This document shows, piece by piece, positions 26,212 to 35,991 of a stretch of DNA of 53,821 nt. The stretch is from IMG/VR virus record IMGVR_UViG_3300030106_006616, positions 1 to 53,821 of that record; one strand, given 5' to 3'. Below the pieces are notes generated by a model. It had not been told where the DNA came from, made no database searches, and worked only from the letters and a program-made list of their open reading frames with translations. The DNA is from a virus (taxonomy: Duplodnaviria; Caudoviricetes). Made by a program: the position numbers and the translations under genes. The first letter of the stretch is position 1, and every line of letters starts with the position of its first letter.

Positions 26212-27126
26212 ATGCCAGTAGTAATTGGCCCAAGTGGAGGAAATGAGTGTTGTATTTGTGGTGGAGTCCAAAAGCATGTTCGGGAAGGAGACTTGGTTCA
26301 AAGAAGCGGATGTCTTCAGAAATGTAAAGTAGCTCAAAATACATCTTTCGATAATAGAGTCGATAATGTAGGTAATTCAACATGTGTACCCAGATGTTGT
26401 CCGTGTCCGTTCACGGGAGGAGAAACATTAGATGTTGATTTTATCTTTTCAGGATGCGATAATCCTAGAACAAGCACATGGAGCCAGACAATACAACTAA
26501 CTACAGGAATGGGGATTCCCGCTTGCACAGGTAGTTTTGAGGAGTTAACTAGTGACGCAGGCTGTGGCGCTATACCATGCTACGGCACCGCTGGTGATCC
26601 TTCAGCAGGAACTAGATTCACTAATAATGCTGCACACGGTTATGAGAAATATGCTGGATCTGGCACACTTTGTGGCGATGGCGAGAGATACGCAGGATGC
26701 TCGGGTAAAAATATAGGAGTAACTTTATGCTGTTGTGATTATGGTGCAGAGCAAGATACTTATGCAAATACAAACATTTGGAAAGATTGTAATATTTGCA
26801 ACTATAAGCTGACTGTAAACTTTATGCCAATATCAGGAAAGATTGGTGCCGATTATTGTTATTGTCCTGAAGATCCGTATGGAATGGGTGACCAACACAT
26901 ACTTCCGGGTAATACTAATGCTATAGATCAAGGATTGGAATGTACCAATCTAGGCTTAAACCTACAATCTGGAGTCTGTGCTACTGGTGCGGGTAGTGAA
27001 TTTGGAGATAACTTTGTCTTACACTTTGTAAGGAGTGGCCTATGGTGGAACTGCGACTGTTGTCAGGGAGGCAATGGTGACGGCGATAATCAGGTTGCAA
27101 TATGGGCTACAGTAACTAAAACTTAG
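26212..27126 (+). CDS. cysteine-rich tail-associated protein
   Basis: 27 Cys in 304 aa by manual count; follows the hub/fibre gene. Confidence 0.65.
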   Translation: MPVVIGPSGGNECCICGGVQKHVREGDLVQRSGCLQKCKVAQNTSFDNRVDNVGNSTCVPRCCPCPFTGGETLDVDFIFSGCDNPRTSTWSQTIQLTTGMGIPACTGSFEELTSDAGCGAIPCYGTAGDPSAGTRFTNNAAHGYEKYAGSGTLCGDGERYAGCSGKNIGVTLCCCDYGAEQDTYANTNIWKDCNICNYKLTVNFMPISGKIGADYCYCPEDPYGMGDQHILPGNTNAIDQGLECTNLGLNLQSGVCATGAGSEFGDNFVLHFVRSGLWWNCDCCQGGNGDGDNQVAIWATVTKT

Positions 27127-27135
27127 GAGATTAAG

Positions 27136-27555
27136 ATGACTGACAAAAAATGTGAATGCGATGAGTTGTTCTATCAAGAAAAAATAACAGAGAACTTGTT
27201 CCGTAAATGTAAAAAGAGGCCTTTGTTGAAACAGACTCTGATGAGACTTCATAGTATTGATTTTTTACAGCAGCCCCAACTAGCTTCGGGGCCTTCTGTT
27301 GATATCGAGAAGCGCAACTCTGAGCAAGAAGAACTTGGAGCGTTAGCAGACAAAGCAATAGAAGAGATAGAGTCGCAAGGGGAGACCTTGGAGTCTGAGG
27401 GTCTAGGAGATACTATAGAAAAGGTTCTATCTAAGTTTGGAATAAGTGAGGAAAAGATATCAAAGATACTCGGTGGATCGGGATGCGGATGTTCAAAAAG
27501 AAAGAAGTGGTTTAACAAGATATTCAGCTATAAAAAGGAATCTGATAATGAGTGA
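27136..27555 (+). CDS. hypothetical protein with GLGDTIEK...GCGC..RK..FN motif
   Basis: AGGAG RBS; motif shared with the next gene. Confidence 0.7.
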   Translation: MTDKKCECDELFYQEKITENLFRKCKKRPLLKQTLMRLHSIDFLQQPQLASGPSVDIEKRNSEQEELGALADKAIEEIESQGETLESEGLGDTIEKVLSKFGISEEKISKILGGSGCGCSKRKKWFNKIFSYKKESDNE

Positions 27556-27844
27556 AGAAATAGACAAATTATCCGATGAAGACTTAGCAGACAAAGTAAT
27601 GGATGAGTTCAGAAATGAAGGCGTGGATGAATATGTACACCATGCAGCTGAATCCAAAGGAGGTCTTGGAAGCACCATAGAGAAAGTACTAGGTAAAATA
27701 GGAGTAACTTCAGAAAGAATAGAAAGAATTTTTAATGTTGATTCTGAAGGTTGTGGTTGTGGATCGAGAAAGAAATTTTTAAACAACCTTTTTCCTCATT
27801 TTAATAAATATAAAGATAATCCAAACAAAGAAAAAAAAGAGTAA
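27548..27844 (+). CDS. hypothetical protein (98 aa), paralog of 27136..27555
   Basis: ATG at 27548 after AAGGA. Contains GLGSTIEKVLGKIGV...GCGCGSRKKFLN. Confidence 0.7.
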   Translation: MSEEIDKLSDEDLADKVMDEFRNEGVDEYVHHAAESKGGLGSTIEKVLGKIGVTSERIERIFNVDSEGCGCGSRKKFLNNLFPHFNKYKDNPNKEKKE

Positions 27845-28617
27845 TGGATTTAAAGCAGTTTATACAAGAGCTCTGCACATTCCCTCAGATGACCACAATA
27901 GAAAGAAAAGCGCTTATATTAAAGCACCTCTGGAATACTTCTTTTTTATGTAATGACAAAGATGGGGACATAGTAGAAGTAGGATGTTCCTATGGTCAGA
28001 CATCTGTTGTCATTAAGAGCTTTATAGATCTCTTTTGCCCACATAAAGAGTTCTGGGTATTCGACAGTTTTGAGGGTATATTAGGAACTTCGGACAAGGA
28101 TTCAAATGCTCATGGCCATTGCGGGGATGGAGACCTTTCTTCAAGCTTAGATAACTTTATAGAAAGATTTGATCAGTTTGATACATGTCTTCCAGATAAG
28201 ATATCAAAGGTAGATGTTAGAGAGATAAAGGAAGATCAACTACCTGACAAGATATCTTTTTGTTATATAGATTTAGATATATATGAGCCTACCAAACATA
28301 TACTACCACTTATATGGAATAGACTTAAAGAAGGAGGAGTGATTGTAATAGATGACTACTATTATGAAGAAGTGTTTAATGGAGTTAAGCCAGCAGTAGA
28401 TGAGTTCCTACAAGAGAATTTAATAGATTTATCTGCATATACAGAAAAAGATAAAATGCAGAACTTCCTTCTTGAGTACTTTAATAACAGAGAGCGGGCT
28501 GGATATGCTATTGCTATTTCAAAACCAGCTAAAGTTGACACAAAAAACTTAGAGAAGCTTTGGTTTACAAATGTGTGCCGCAACTTCACAATACCCCAAA
28601 TAAAAAAGGGGGTATAA
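27844..28617 (+). CDS. TylF/MycF/NovP-family SAM-dependent (sugar) O-methyltransferase
   Basis: Motifs GDIVEVGCSYG, VFDSFEG, FCYIDLDIYEPT and L..GGVIVIDDY. Confidence 0.85.
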   Translation: MDLKQFIQELCTFPQMTTIERKALILKHLWNTSFLCNDKDGDIVEVGCSYGQTSVVIKSFIDLFCPHKEFWVFDSFEGILGTSDKDSNAHGHCGDGDLSSSLDNFIERFDQFDTCLPDKISKVDVREIKEDQLPDKISFCYIDLDIYEPTKHILPLIWNRLKEGGVIVIDDYYYEEVFNGVKPAVDEFLQENLIDLSAYTEKDKMQNFLLEYFNNRERAGYAIAISKPAKVDTKNLEKLWFTNVCRNFTIPQIKKGV

Positions 28618-28625
28618 AACCCCCT
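28602..28625 (-). terminator. intrinsic terminator at the convergence of the two genome arms
   Basis: Minus strand reads AGGGGG-TTTTATA-CCCCCT-TTTTT. A second inverted repeat (CAGTTTT..AAAACTG) lies at 28627-28642. Confidence 0.75.
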
Positions 28626-28652
28626 CCAGTTTTAAAAAACTGCCTTAGATAC

Positions 28653-29039
28653 TTACTTAGAGGCTGGTGGCTTATATACAAACCACCCTCTCTGGGGTAA
28701 GAACCCTCGGTTTTTATCAGCATAAACCTTTTCATTGGCTCTTTGCTCTTTTTGCTTTTCAGAAAGCTGATCCCATCTAATCTTTGGATAGATCTGACCA
28801 CCCTTCTTCGTGCGTCCGAATATAACCTTGGCTCGGCAGTCTTTACAAACCACCTCAAGCCAGTCATTCTCTGAGCTGTCATGACGGCAAACGAACTTCA
28901 CATTAGGTGATTGACATTTACCACATGATTGATGCTGAAAAACTTCTTGAACTCTAGCAACTTGTTTAAAAAGTTCTTCCTCAGTTTCCGCGTCAACTTG
29001 AAAAGTCAAGTCGGGCGTTGCTCTGACGTTAGCTTTCAT
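28653..29039 (-). CDS. hypothetical Zn-finger protein
   Basis: CGKC...CKDC motifs; GGAGG RBS; start overlaps the upstream stop. Confidence 0.7.
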   Translation of the reverse strand: MKANVRATPDLTFQVDAETEEELFKQVARVQEVFQHQSCGKCQSPNVKFVCRHDSSENDWLEVVCKDCRAKVIFGRTKKGGQIYPKIRWDQLSEKQKEQRANEKVYADKNRGFLPQRGWFVYKPPASK

Positions 29040-29791
29040 TACTTTTTACCTCCGGTATCAAATGTTTCTCTCCATTCGGAATTGTAACCCTTCAAGTTAT
29101 CAGTAATTGATGCTGGACTTCTTTGATACTCAGATAGAGTACTTAGCAGCATCCTGCCTTGGAGGTTACTAGAATCTCTAATTGAGTCGGCATTAGGACA
29201 TACAGTCTTCACACCCTCAACCAAATTAATATCCAGTCTCTTGCACATCTGATTGATGGCTAGTATTTGCTGATCAGTTATATTTTCCTGTGCAGCTAGC
29301 ACATCATCCTCTGATGTTTGCTGGACTTCCTCAGCAGTCACAACCCTTAATTTAAGAGCTCTTCGAAGTGCTTTTCCTTCTGCTCGGGTATCTGCTGTAG
29401 AAACAAGATGTTGGTTGAAAGGGTGTGGGATATTTTGAAACTTAACATCGACACAACCATCTACTGTTATTATAGCATCAGTGGAGTACTTTTGGATCGC
29501 TAAAGTATGCTTAACCGTGCAAACACCCCTAGAAGTGTCATAGTTAAATATCTCGCTTGTGGAATTTACTATTTCCCCATAGACTCTTTCAGTTACTCTA
29601 CGAAGCCCATCTACAGTTGGGTTTCCTTGTTTAAGCTCACTATCATGCATTTGGTCTAGCACATACTCACTCCACTCAGGGTCTGAGGGAGAGTATACAA
29701 CCTCCTCAACCTCTTTAGCATCGTCATTTTCTAGAACTTCTACGATGTCGTCGAAGTCGTTTTTTTCTTGTTTTGCTTTTGTTTTACTCAT
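29039..29791 (-). CDS. putative Rad52/Erf-like single-strand annealing protein
   Basis: GL.......G core, A.TRAEGKALRRAL helix and C-terminal ITDQQI..I motif, as seen in phage annealing proteins. Confidence 0.5.
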   Translation of the reverse strand: MSKTKAKQEKNDFDDIVEVLENDDAKEVEEVVYSPSDPEWSEYVLDQMHDSELKQGNPTVDGLRRVTERVYGEIVNSTSEIFNYDTSRGVCTVKHTLAIQKYSTDAIITVDGCVDVKFQNIPHPFNQHLVSTADTRAEGKALRRALKLRVVTAEEVQQTSEDDVLAAQENITDQQILAINQMCKRLDINLVEGVKTVCPNADSIRDSSNLQGRMLLSTLSEYQRSPASITDNLKGYNSEWRETFDTGGKK

Positions 29792-30573
29792 ACTTCAATA
29801 TACCTCTGATCTTCCTTTGGAAAGTTTAGTTTTATTTCCTCTAATTCCTTTATTACTCTTTCAAGTATCTTCCTAAAATATCTTTGTGAAGTTCTCTTGT
29901 CTTGCTTTACTCTAATCAAGACCATCCCCTGTGATATAATTAGACCCGTTTTTTGCTTATCTGACCTTATATTTTTTTCTAGATTTTCTTGACCCCATAC
30001 AGGTTCAAAATGAGAAGGACCATCAACTTCTATAGCAGTCATAGTGTCAACTACATACAAGTCGATTTCCAGCCTTTGATTTTTTAGTAAGTGTTCACGA
30101 TGAAATTGGACATTATACCCTAGCTCGGTCAATTCTGATAAGAGATACCTCTCCAGTTTAGACCCAATTCTAGATGCATTTCTTATTGCGTCACTTCCTT
30201 TTTGGATTATGTCTCTTTTCTCACTATCGCTTTTGCTATTCCAAGACTTTTTTCCAATCTCAGATCTTACTATTCTCTCATGTTCAGTCAAAGAGTCCCA
30301 AACTTTTCCTTGACTTTCACTTATTTTAAGTTTTGTCTCGTCGCTTCTCTTAAGTCCTTTTGTAGGATGCTTTGCCCTACCTGATTCTAAAGCGGCTTTA
30401 GCTGCATCGCTACGGCTTCTGATGTGTATCCCTAAAGAGACTGCATCTCTCCGTACTCGATTTGGGTATGTTCCAACATACTTTGCTATCTCAGCAAAGC
30501 TTTTTTTCTGAGAGCAATACATTTTTTTTATTAGCTTCTCTTTCTGCTTCTCAGTCATATCATTATACTTCAT
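29788..30573 (-). CDS. HTH + NUMOD3-like + Vsr/DUF559 (EDxHD-type) endonuclease, homing-endonuclease-like
   Basis: HTH-like SFAEIAKYVGT; NUMOD3-like G.KRSDETKLKISESQ; nuclease core EIDLY....AIEVDGPSH.....D..K. Confidence 0.7.
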   Translation of the reverse strand: MKYNDMTEKQKEKLIKKMYCSQKKSFAEIAKYVGTYPNRVRRDAVSLGIHIRSRSDAAKAALESGRAKHPTKGLKRSDETKLKISESQGKVWDSLTEHERIVRSEIGKKSWNSKSDSEKRDIIQKGSDAIRNASRIGSKLERYLLSELTELGYNVQFHREHLLKNQRLEIDLYVVDTMTAIEVDGPSHFEPVWGQENLEKNIRSDKQKTGLIISQGMVLIRVKQDKRTSQRYFRKILERVIKELEEIKLNFPKEDQRYIEV

Positions 30574-31001
30574 AATAATTTTTCCTTGACTAGACCTATA
30601 TCAAAAGAATCTATGTATAGATCAGGTTCTCTAAACATATCTGTATATACTTTAACTATGTCTTTATCGGTGCATAAGATTTTTATTTTGTCTGACATAA
30701 TTATCTCTTTAAGCTCAGAGTAAAAGAAGCTATTCCACTGATACCACTCTACAGCATGCGGCCAAAATACTATATTATTGCATGAAGGATTTTTTAAAGT
30801 GAACGAACAAGACAGTAGACATGTGCTAATGATATCGCCTCTAAAGTCATAAGAAGAGTGTTTAGACATAGCTGAGATATTCTCATATCTTATTGATGGA
30901 TTGATATTATCATGGAATATAGTTATATCATCCTTGCCTGACTCTCTATTTATTTCATCAAGATCTAAAGTATCTATGTTATTAGTTATTATACCTATCA
31001 T
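30570..31001 (-). CDS. hypothetical protein (glycosyltransferase-cluster member)
   Basis: ORF in a tightly packed operon. Confidence 0.6.
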   Translation of the reverse strand: MIGIITNNIDTLDLDEINRESGKDDITIFHDNINPSIRYENISAMSKHSSYDFRGDIISTCLLSCSFTLKNPSCNNIVFWPHAVEWYQWNSFFYSELKEIIMSDKIKILCTDKDIVKVYTDMFREPDLYIDSFDIGLVKEKLL

Positions 31002-31010
31002 TTTCTTATC

Positions 31011-31832
31011 CTAAATATCTTTTCTTACTATTGATCTTTTGGTCTGTTGGATTGCATTTGCCAGCTCTTCATTTTGGAAAGCTCTTATAATTGATTCACA
31101 CATGTCAAAGCTAGTTTTATTTTGTAACTCGTTTTTTAAATCAGTTACACTATATGTTTGTTCTTTACTAATTAACTTATCGAGACTTTCTCCATTGTGA
31201 AATGTTTCCACTGGAAGGTTTTTCTTAGAAAAGGACAACACCCTATTACCGTAGTATGCCGCTGATGGCCAAAGAGTCCCTTCTAAATCAATATAAATTT
31301 TGGAATTCCTAATTGCCCAAAGTCTTTGTGTATCTCTCAACTTCCCTAAGTAATTAGGAATAGGAATAGTCACATCTCCAAACATCTTAGTTTTATGTTT
31401 CATCATGACTTGCACAATATCCCCAATAGATGAAACTGTATTTGCGTCGAGACCATCTGTGAGTGAAACAACTCCCAAGTCTTCCTGCTGCTCTCGGCCT
31501 ACTTCAGGAAAATACAATGGATAGACCATAGCCTCAAACTGTTCGATACTTTTTACGTTTTGGCTTTTACCTATTACTAGATCCGCCGGATAAGAGTTGT
31601 CGTGCACTCCGCTAAAAACTATAGGTATAGAGTTATTCATCTCTTTCAGTTTTACTACCTCATGCTTTCTAGCAGTCTCTTCTGAGTATATTATCATTGT
31701 CAATGGAGATGTTTGATGTAGGTAGAACAGCCCAATTCTATCGCTATCCCATAATGAGGACTGCACTCCACAAAAAGAAAAAGTATTACTAATATGGTAT
31801 GCATGTTTCACGTTTTTATCTATTAGTATCAT
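31011..31832 (-). CDS. divergent GT-B glycosyltransferase-like protein
   Basis: The C-terminal FG......YLGKL........NSKIYID segment resembles the GT-B nucleotide-binding lobe; cluster context. Confidence 0.4.
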   Translation of the reverse strand: MILIDKNVKHAYHISNTFSFCGVQSSLWDSDRIGLFYLHQTSPLTMIIYSEETARKHEVVKLKEMNNSIPIVFSGVHDNSYPADLVIGKSQNVKSIEQFEAMVYPLYFPEVGREQQEDLGVVSLTDGLDANTVSSIGDIVQVMMKHKTKMFGDVTIPIPNYLGKLRDTQRLWAIRNSKIYIDLEGTLWPSAAYYGNRVLSFSKKNLPVETFHNGESLDKLISKEQTYSVTDLKNELQNKTSFDMCESIIRAFQNEELANAIQQTKRSIVRKDI

Positions 31833-32529
31833 AATATTTGTTTGCCTTAACTAAGTCCTTTGATGTGTCTATATCTATTACTTTACCACTTTCATGGGTG
31901 AAGCACTTTATTTTATAACCCTTCGAGATAACTTTGTTTATAATTTCAAAACAGAACATTTTAGAATTTTTCCTGTTGAAGCACTGTTTTTTGAACTCCT
32001 CTAATTCTTTATCCTGTAAGTACAAAATTTGGTTCCACTTATGAGGAAGATCATACATCATGTTTGTAAGGTTGTCTTCTTGGTCAACGACACAGCCAAC
32101 CTCAGTATCTTTGTCAGGATCAGTGCAAAGAGAAATACACGACTGGCTGAAGTCCATTTCTTGCAGTATACATTTATCAAATACTAAGTCCCCATTTATT
32201 ATCAGTGTTCTTTTTGAAGGGACTGCTCTCAAAGCTATAGACAAACTTCTAGCTACATTTGTAGTATCGTAGCTTTCATTTTCTAATTTAATAAAATCTA
32301 TAGGGCAAGCATCCATAACTTTATCACATTGAAAACCACATACTATAACAAATTCTGGATTTTGTATTACACTCTTAATAATCCTTATCTGTCTCTTTAG
32401 AAGTGTCTCTTGATTGACTTGCAATAGAGGCTTTGGCCCATATGACTTCATTCTTCTACCCATTCCAGCAGCAGGTATAATGACAATAACAGGCTCTTGA
32501 GCTTTTGTTTTTATACTATGTCTTGCCAT
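31816..32529 (-). CDS. nucleotidyltransferase (NTP_transferase; LicC/GlmU-like)
   Basis: Motifs IIPAAGMGRRMKSYGPKPLL, YDTTN...SL, INGDLVF and DIDTSKDL. Confidence 0.88.
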   Translation of the reverse strand: MARHSIKTKAQEPVIVIIPAAGMGRRMKSYGPKPLLQVNQETLLKRQIRIIKSVIQNPEFVIVCGFQCDKVMDACPIDFIKLENESYDTTNVARSLSIALRAVPSKRTLIINGDLVFDKCILQEMDFSQSCISLCTDPDKDTEVGCVVDQEDNLTNMMYDLPHKWNQILYLQDKELEEFKKQCFNRKNSKMFCFEIINKVISKGYKIKCFTHESGKVIDIDTSKDLVKANKYYDTNR

Positions 32530-32530
32530 A

Positions 32531-32914
32531 TCAACCTTCTTTTACTAGCAGCCCAATCAATGTTTCGGTTCTCATATCAGGGCAGGAAAAAGTTTCTTGT
32601 AGATTCTCAATAGTTGCTCCTGATGTTTTGAATATTGCTACTCCTCCTATTGTTTTCTCGTCACATTGAAGGTTACATGCTGCCATGTCACTTTCTGTCT
32701 TATATACATCTAATAGATTGGAGACAGACTCTTTGTCTTTCCATCTATATCCTTGTTTTATACATATGAATACATCACAGTCAGGCTCGGCCATATACTT
32801 CTCATGAAAAAAAGTATCTCTTTTTCCAACACATATCCAAGTTTTCAAAGCATTATAACTTTGATGAGGACTATTTAGATTTTCATTAGCAACTACTACT
32901 TTAACGACGGACAT
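32531..32914 (-). CDS. hypothetical protein
   Basis: ORF in operon, overlapping the upstream gene end. Confidence 0.55.
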   Translation of the reverse strand: MSVVKVVVANENLNSPHQSYNALKTWICVGKRDTFFHEKYMAEPDCDVFICIKQGYRWKDKESVSNLLDVYKTESDMAACNLQCDEKTIGGVAIFKTSGATIENLQETFSCPDMRTETLIGLLVKEG

Positions 32915-33714
32915 ATCTCTTCTATATCATAAATGAAATCTTGAATACCATCTTCAAATTCTAACAGTTTGTCTTCTAATTTAATTGAAAATGAATTTCC
33001 AGCATGTTTCTTGTGCATTATATAATTGGTTAACATAAAGTTGTCATTCTCATCAATACCATTACAGAATAATGGTTTCTTCCCATAATCAAATATAGCC
33101 TCATGAATCTCATCAGTAAACTTTTTTGGGAACTCAGTTCCAGCATTAACATAGATGTAGTAATGAAAGTTAGATTTGTTCTTAAACATATCAAAGGCAA
33201 GGTCAATCGCAGATCTACTGCTGATACTATTGTCAAGAATAGTTCTTATTGACCAATTGTCTGCCAACCCCTTGATATTAGAGTTTGCTATGGCTTGCTC
33301 AATAGATAGGTTCGTTTCATACACATTCTGATCGAACCAGCTATTTATCGACAAATATGTTGGTGGATTGAACTGATGAGATAGACTCTGCAGTGTGACT
33401 TTTAGATCTTTATCAGAATGCTCCTTATTATAGTTTATAATTAAAGCATAAGGACTTTTGATCTGTGACTCTACAATGTTCATTAATTCAGAGCTACTAA
33501 ACTGCTTTGCCCATTCTTTTTCTCGATGGTAAACGCAGATTCTATTATTTATGACAAAAAACTCGTTGTTATCGTCATCATAAGCTTCTAATATTTCTGC
33601 TCCTGTTTTTTCATACACATCGAGCCTTCCAGCAGAACAGCCAGTGGGCTTACCATTTGAGTATTGTGCGAACACACAGTCCTTACAGTTAGTATGTACT
33701 TGATTTATGCTCAT
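32896..33714 (-). CDS. hypothetical protein: N-terminal Cys cluster plus GT2-like domain
   Basis: CKDC...C...C at the N-terminus, followed by a GT-A-like start (YALIINY....DLKVTLQSL.HQ..PP). Confidence 0.45.
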   Translation of the reverse strand: MSINQVHTNCKDCVFAQYSNGKPTGCSAGRLDVYEKTGAEILEAYDDDNNEFFVINNRICVYHREKEWAKQFSSSELMNIVESQIKSPYALIINYNKEHSDKDLKVTLQSLSHQFNPPTYLSINSWFDQNVYETNLSIEQAIANSNIKGLADNWSIRTILDNSISSRSAIDLAFDMFKNKSNFHYYIYVNAGTEFPKKFTDEIHEAIFDYGKKPLFCNGIDENDNFMLTNYIMHKKHAGNSFSIKLEDKLLEFEDGIQDFIYDIEEICPSLK

Positions 33715-34127
33715 TTTCTCTTTGCCTCAATAGTATAATAGTGTCCGACGATCCCAGAATATAATATCTCGAACCCATACTTTTCTTGCATCTCTGTCAA
33801 TATTGAATGGACTGAGTTCGCCCTTATTCTTCCAAAGCATAGAATTTCAGAAAGCTTGTCATTGTCAATATCACCATTTTTTAAAAGCCTACAGGCCTGA
33901 TTCACATCACTTCCTTGGATTACTATTTTGCCTGTTTTTGATAGCTTTGAGGTAAGTACTTCTAATGGTTTCTCATGGATGGAATATTCCAAGAAGTCGT
34001 ATGCTTCTATATAATCATAAAAGTAATCTGTTGCAGTAGATAGGTCTGCTCCTGTAATCTCGTGGTTTACTTCTGGGCTTCCGGGCACAACATTCTTGTT
34101 GTTTCCAGAAAATATAAAAAGTCTCAT
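33711..34127 (-). CDS. degenerate class I methyltransferase-like protein
   Basis: ATG at 34127 overlaps the upstream TGA. D.IEAYDFLEY.......KL...GKIVI resembles a Methyltransf_11-type core, but there is no clear motif I. Confidence 0.45.
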   Translation of the reverse strand: MRLFIFSGNNKNVVPGSPEVNHEITGADLSTATDYFYDYIEAYDFLEYSIHEKPLEVLTSKLSKTGKIVIQGSDVNQACRLLKNGDIDNDKLSEILCFGRIRANSVHSILTEMQEKYGFEILYSGIVGHYYTIEAKRK

Positions 34128-34978
34128 GAAAGCACCTCTTTCCATCTTTCTATAAACTGTTCTCGGTCAATTGTTGTTTTATTGTATTCTTTAGCAATCG
34201 TATACTTATCAATCTTAGAATCACAAGCTTTTTGTAGACACTCCTCAATCTCATTAAATCCCTTATAAAGGAAACAAAAATCACTGTTTATATGTGACAT
34301 GTCTTCTGAGTATGGAGCTACTATCTTGCAGCCATTCTTCAAGGCTTTTTCACAATTCCTTGACATTCCTACAATACTATCTAAAAATATCTCACATGAA
34401 CTTAAGGAATCTTCTGAAAATGGAACATAGTTATAATTTCTTAGTATTGAGTGATATGTTGAAAGCAAATTTGGTGAAACATGTCCAGCAAAAGATATCT
34501 TCTTATCGTCCTTTTTGACTACATCACTTATTTTAATAACTCTAGGTATGCATATTTCTTCATTAGATTCAACTAAAGACTCTCTTAAACATACTGTTTT
34601 ATCAGAATTGCTTGGTATAAACCTATCGTTACCTATAGAAAAAGGATGTAACATTTTAGTAGAAGATAGAGTATCCTTGACATGTACAATAGGACATCTT
34701 ACTTCCTCTTTTGTTTTATTGGCGATTTGGCAACTTTCAGCCTGTCCAAAACACATTATATAATCATATGAGTGTTTCCCATGAGGCAATGAAAGATTTT
34801 TAATATATCTTATATTATGAGGCATCTCTTGACATGTGATACTCCAGTTTCCAGTTATAGAAAACTCCACATCAGACAAGTCACATAAGGAAAGTATATA
34901 CTCTTCATCGTAAGAGTTTATTATCAAGACTTGTTTTTTCCTTCCTGTTAACGCTAGTCTATTGACAATGCTAAACAT
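34124..34978 (-). CDS. divergent GT-B glycosyltransferase-like protein
   Basis: CEIFLDS......EKALKNGCKIV resembles the GT4 E(x)7EA..G.P.V signature; ends F.ERW.EV. Confidence 0.5.
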   Translation of the reverse strand: MFSIVNRLALTGRKKQVLIINSYDEEYILSLCDLSDVEFSITGNWSITCQEMPHNIRYIKNLSLPHGKHSYDYIMCFGQAESCQIANKTKEEVRCPIVHVKDTLSSTKMLHPFSIGNDRFIPSNSDKTVCLRESLVESNEEICIPRVIKISDVVKKDDKKISFAGHVSPNLLSTYHSILRNYNYVPFSEDSLSSCEIFLDSIVGMSRNCEKALKNGCKIVAPYSEDMSHINSDFCFLYKGFNEIEECLQKACDSKIDKYTIAKEYNKTTIDREQFIERWKEVLS

Positions 34979-35979
34979 ACAAGCTCTCCTATACTATCTT
35001 CTTTACGATAATTAAACACGCACGTATTATGCTCCGTCTTTGCAGCTTTCATACTTTCTAGAAGGCCTTTCCTATTGTCGGGGTGTGCTATGATAGACAT
35101 TTTTCTTGATAGATCACATGAGTTCACCTTGAACCCTAGAGTGCCTCCTTGTACATAGGCATCATCAGATCTAACAACAATAACATTATTCACGTAAAAT
35201 CCATCTTCATCGGCACCTCCGTTTCTTTTAAACCATTCAAGCATACCATTACTTGAAGTCATCATTACAGGGTTACCAAATTTTGTAGCAATCATAAGCT
35301 GCTCATTTACAATATGAGTCTCAGACATATCCAAGAATATGTGTCCTTGTCGATGAGCTGTCTCTTGGTTTGGGAAAATTATAATATCTGCATACCTGTC
35401 TTCTCCACCATATAAATTCATCTTCTGTTTCACATCATTTATTAAGTCCATGACTCGCTGAGGCTCATGATCGAAAAACCCCAAAGCTACATTGTCATTG
35501 CTACTGAATTCACTGAAGTAACCGAGTAGAATATCTTCAGCACTTTCTATTGAGGTACAGTAGAATATTAGTTGAGAAATTTTATTATCATACCGCTTAG
35601 GTTCTAATTCAAAATGTAATGTGGGCTTCACAACGGCAACCTTTTCTTGGTGCAATTTAGTCCTAGCAATATGCATTTGTTGCACGTTCGGAACAACACA
35701 GCAGTCTAGGAACTTAAGATTGTCTGTCGGTTGCTCTTTTGACTCGCCCTCAAAAATTCCTATATCGAAGTAAGGGGTTTTACAAAAAAGACTTTGATCG
35801 CAATCTTGTATAACAAAGTCAATTGCCTTATCAATATTTTTAGAATAGTTACAAGAACCAATATCTTGGACTTCTATTGAGATTCTATCATCAAGATTAA
35901 GAGATGCGATAAGATTTTGTGTGAAAAAATTTCTTCTATCTCTCTTTGAAAGATCACATACTAGTATTCCATTATACAT
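34954..35979 (-). CDS. divergent GT-B glycosyltransferase-like protein
   Basis: Motifs YFSEFS..DNV.L and H..GHIFLD.S.......A..FGNPVM.T...G..EW. Confidence 0.55.
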   Translation of the reverse strand: MYNGILVCDLSKRDRRNFFTQNLIASLNLDDRISIEVQDIGSCNYSKNIDKAIDFVIQDCDQSLFCKTPYFDIGIFEGESKEQPTDNLKFLDCCVVPNVQQMHIARTKLHQEKVAVVKPTLHFELEPKRYDNKISQLIFYCTSIESAEDILLGYFSEFSSNDNVALGFFDHEPQRVMDLINDVKQKMNLYGGEDRYADIIIFPNQETAHRQGHIFLDMSETHIVNEQLMIATKFGNPVMMTSSNGMLEWFKRNGGADEDGFYVNNVIVVRSDDAYVQGGTLGFKVNSCDLSRKMSIIAHPDNRKGLLESMKAAKTEHNTCVFNYRKEDSIGELVCLALSID

Positions 35980-35991
35980 TATTCACCTTTG

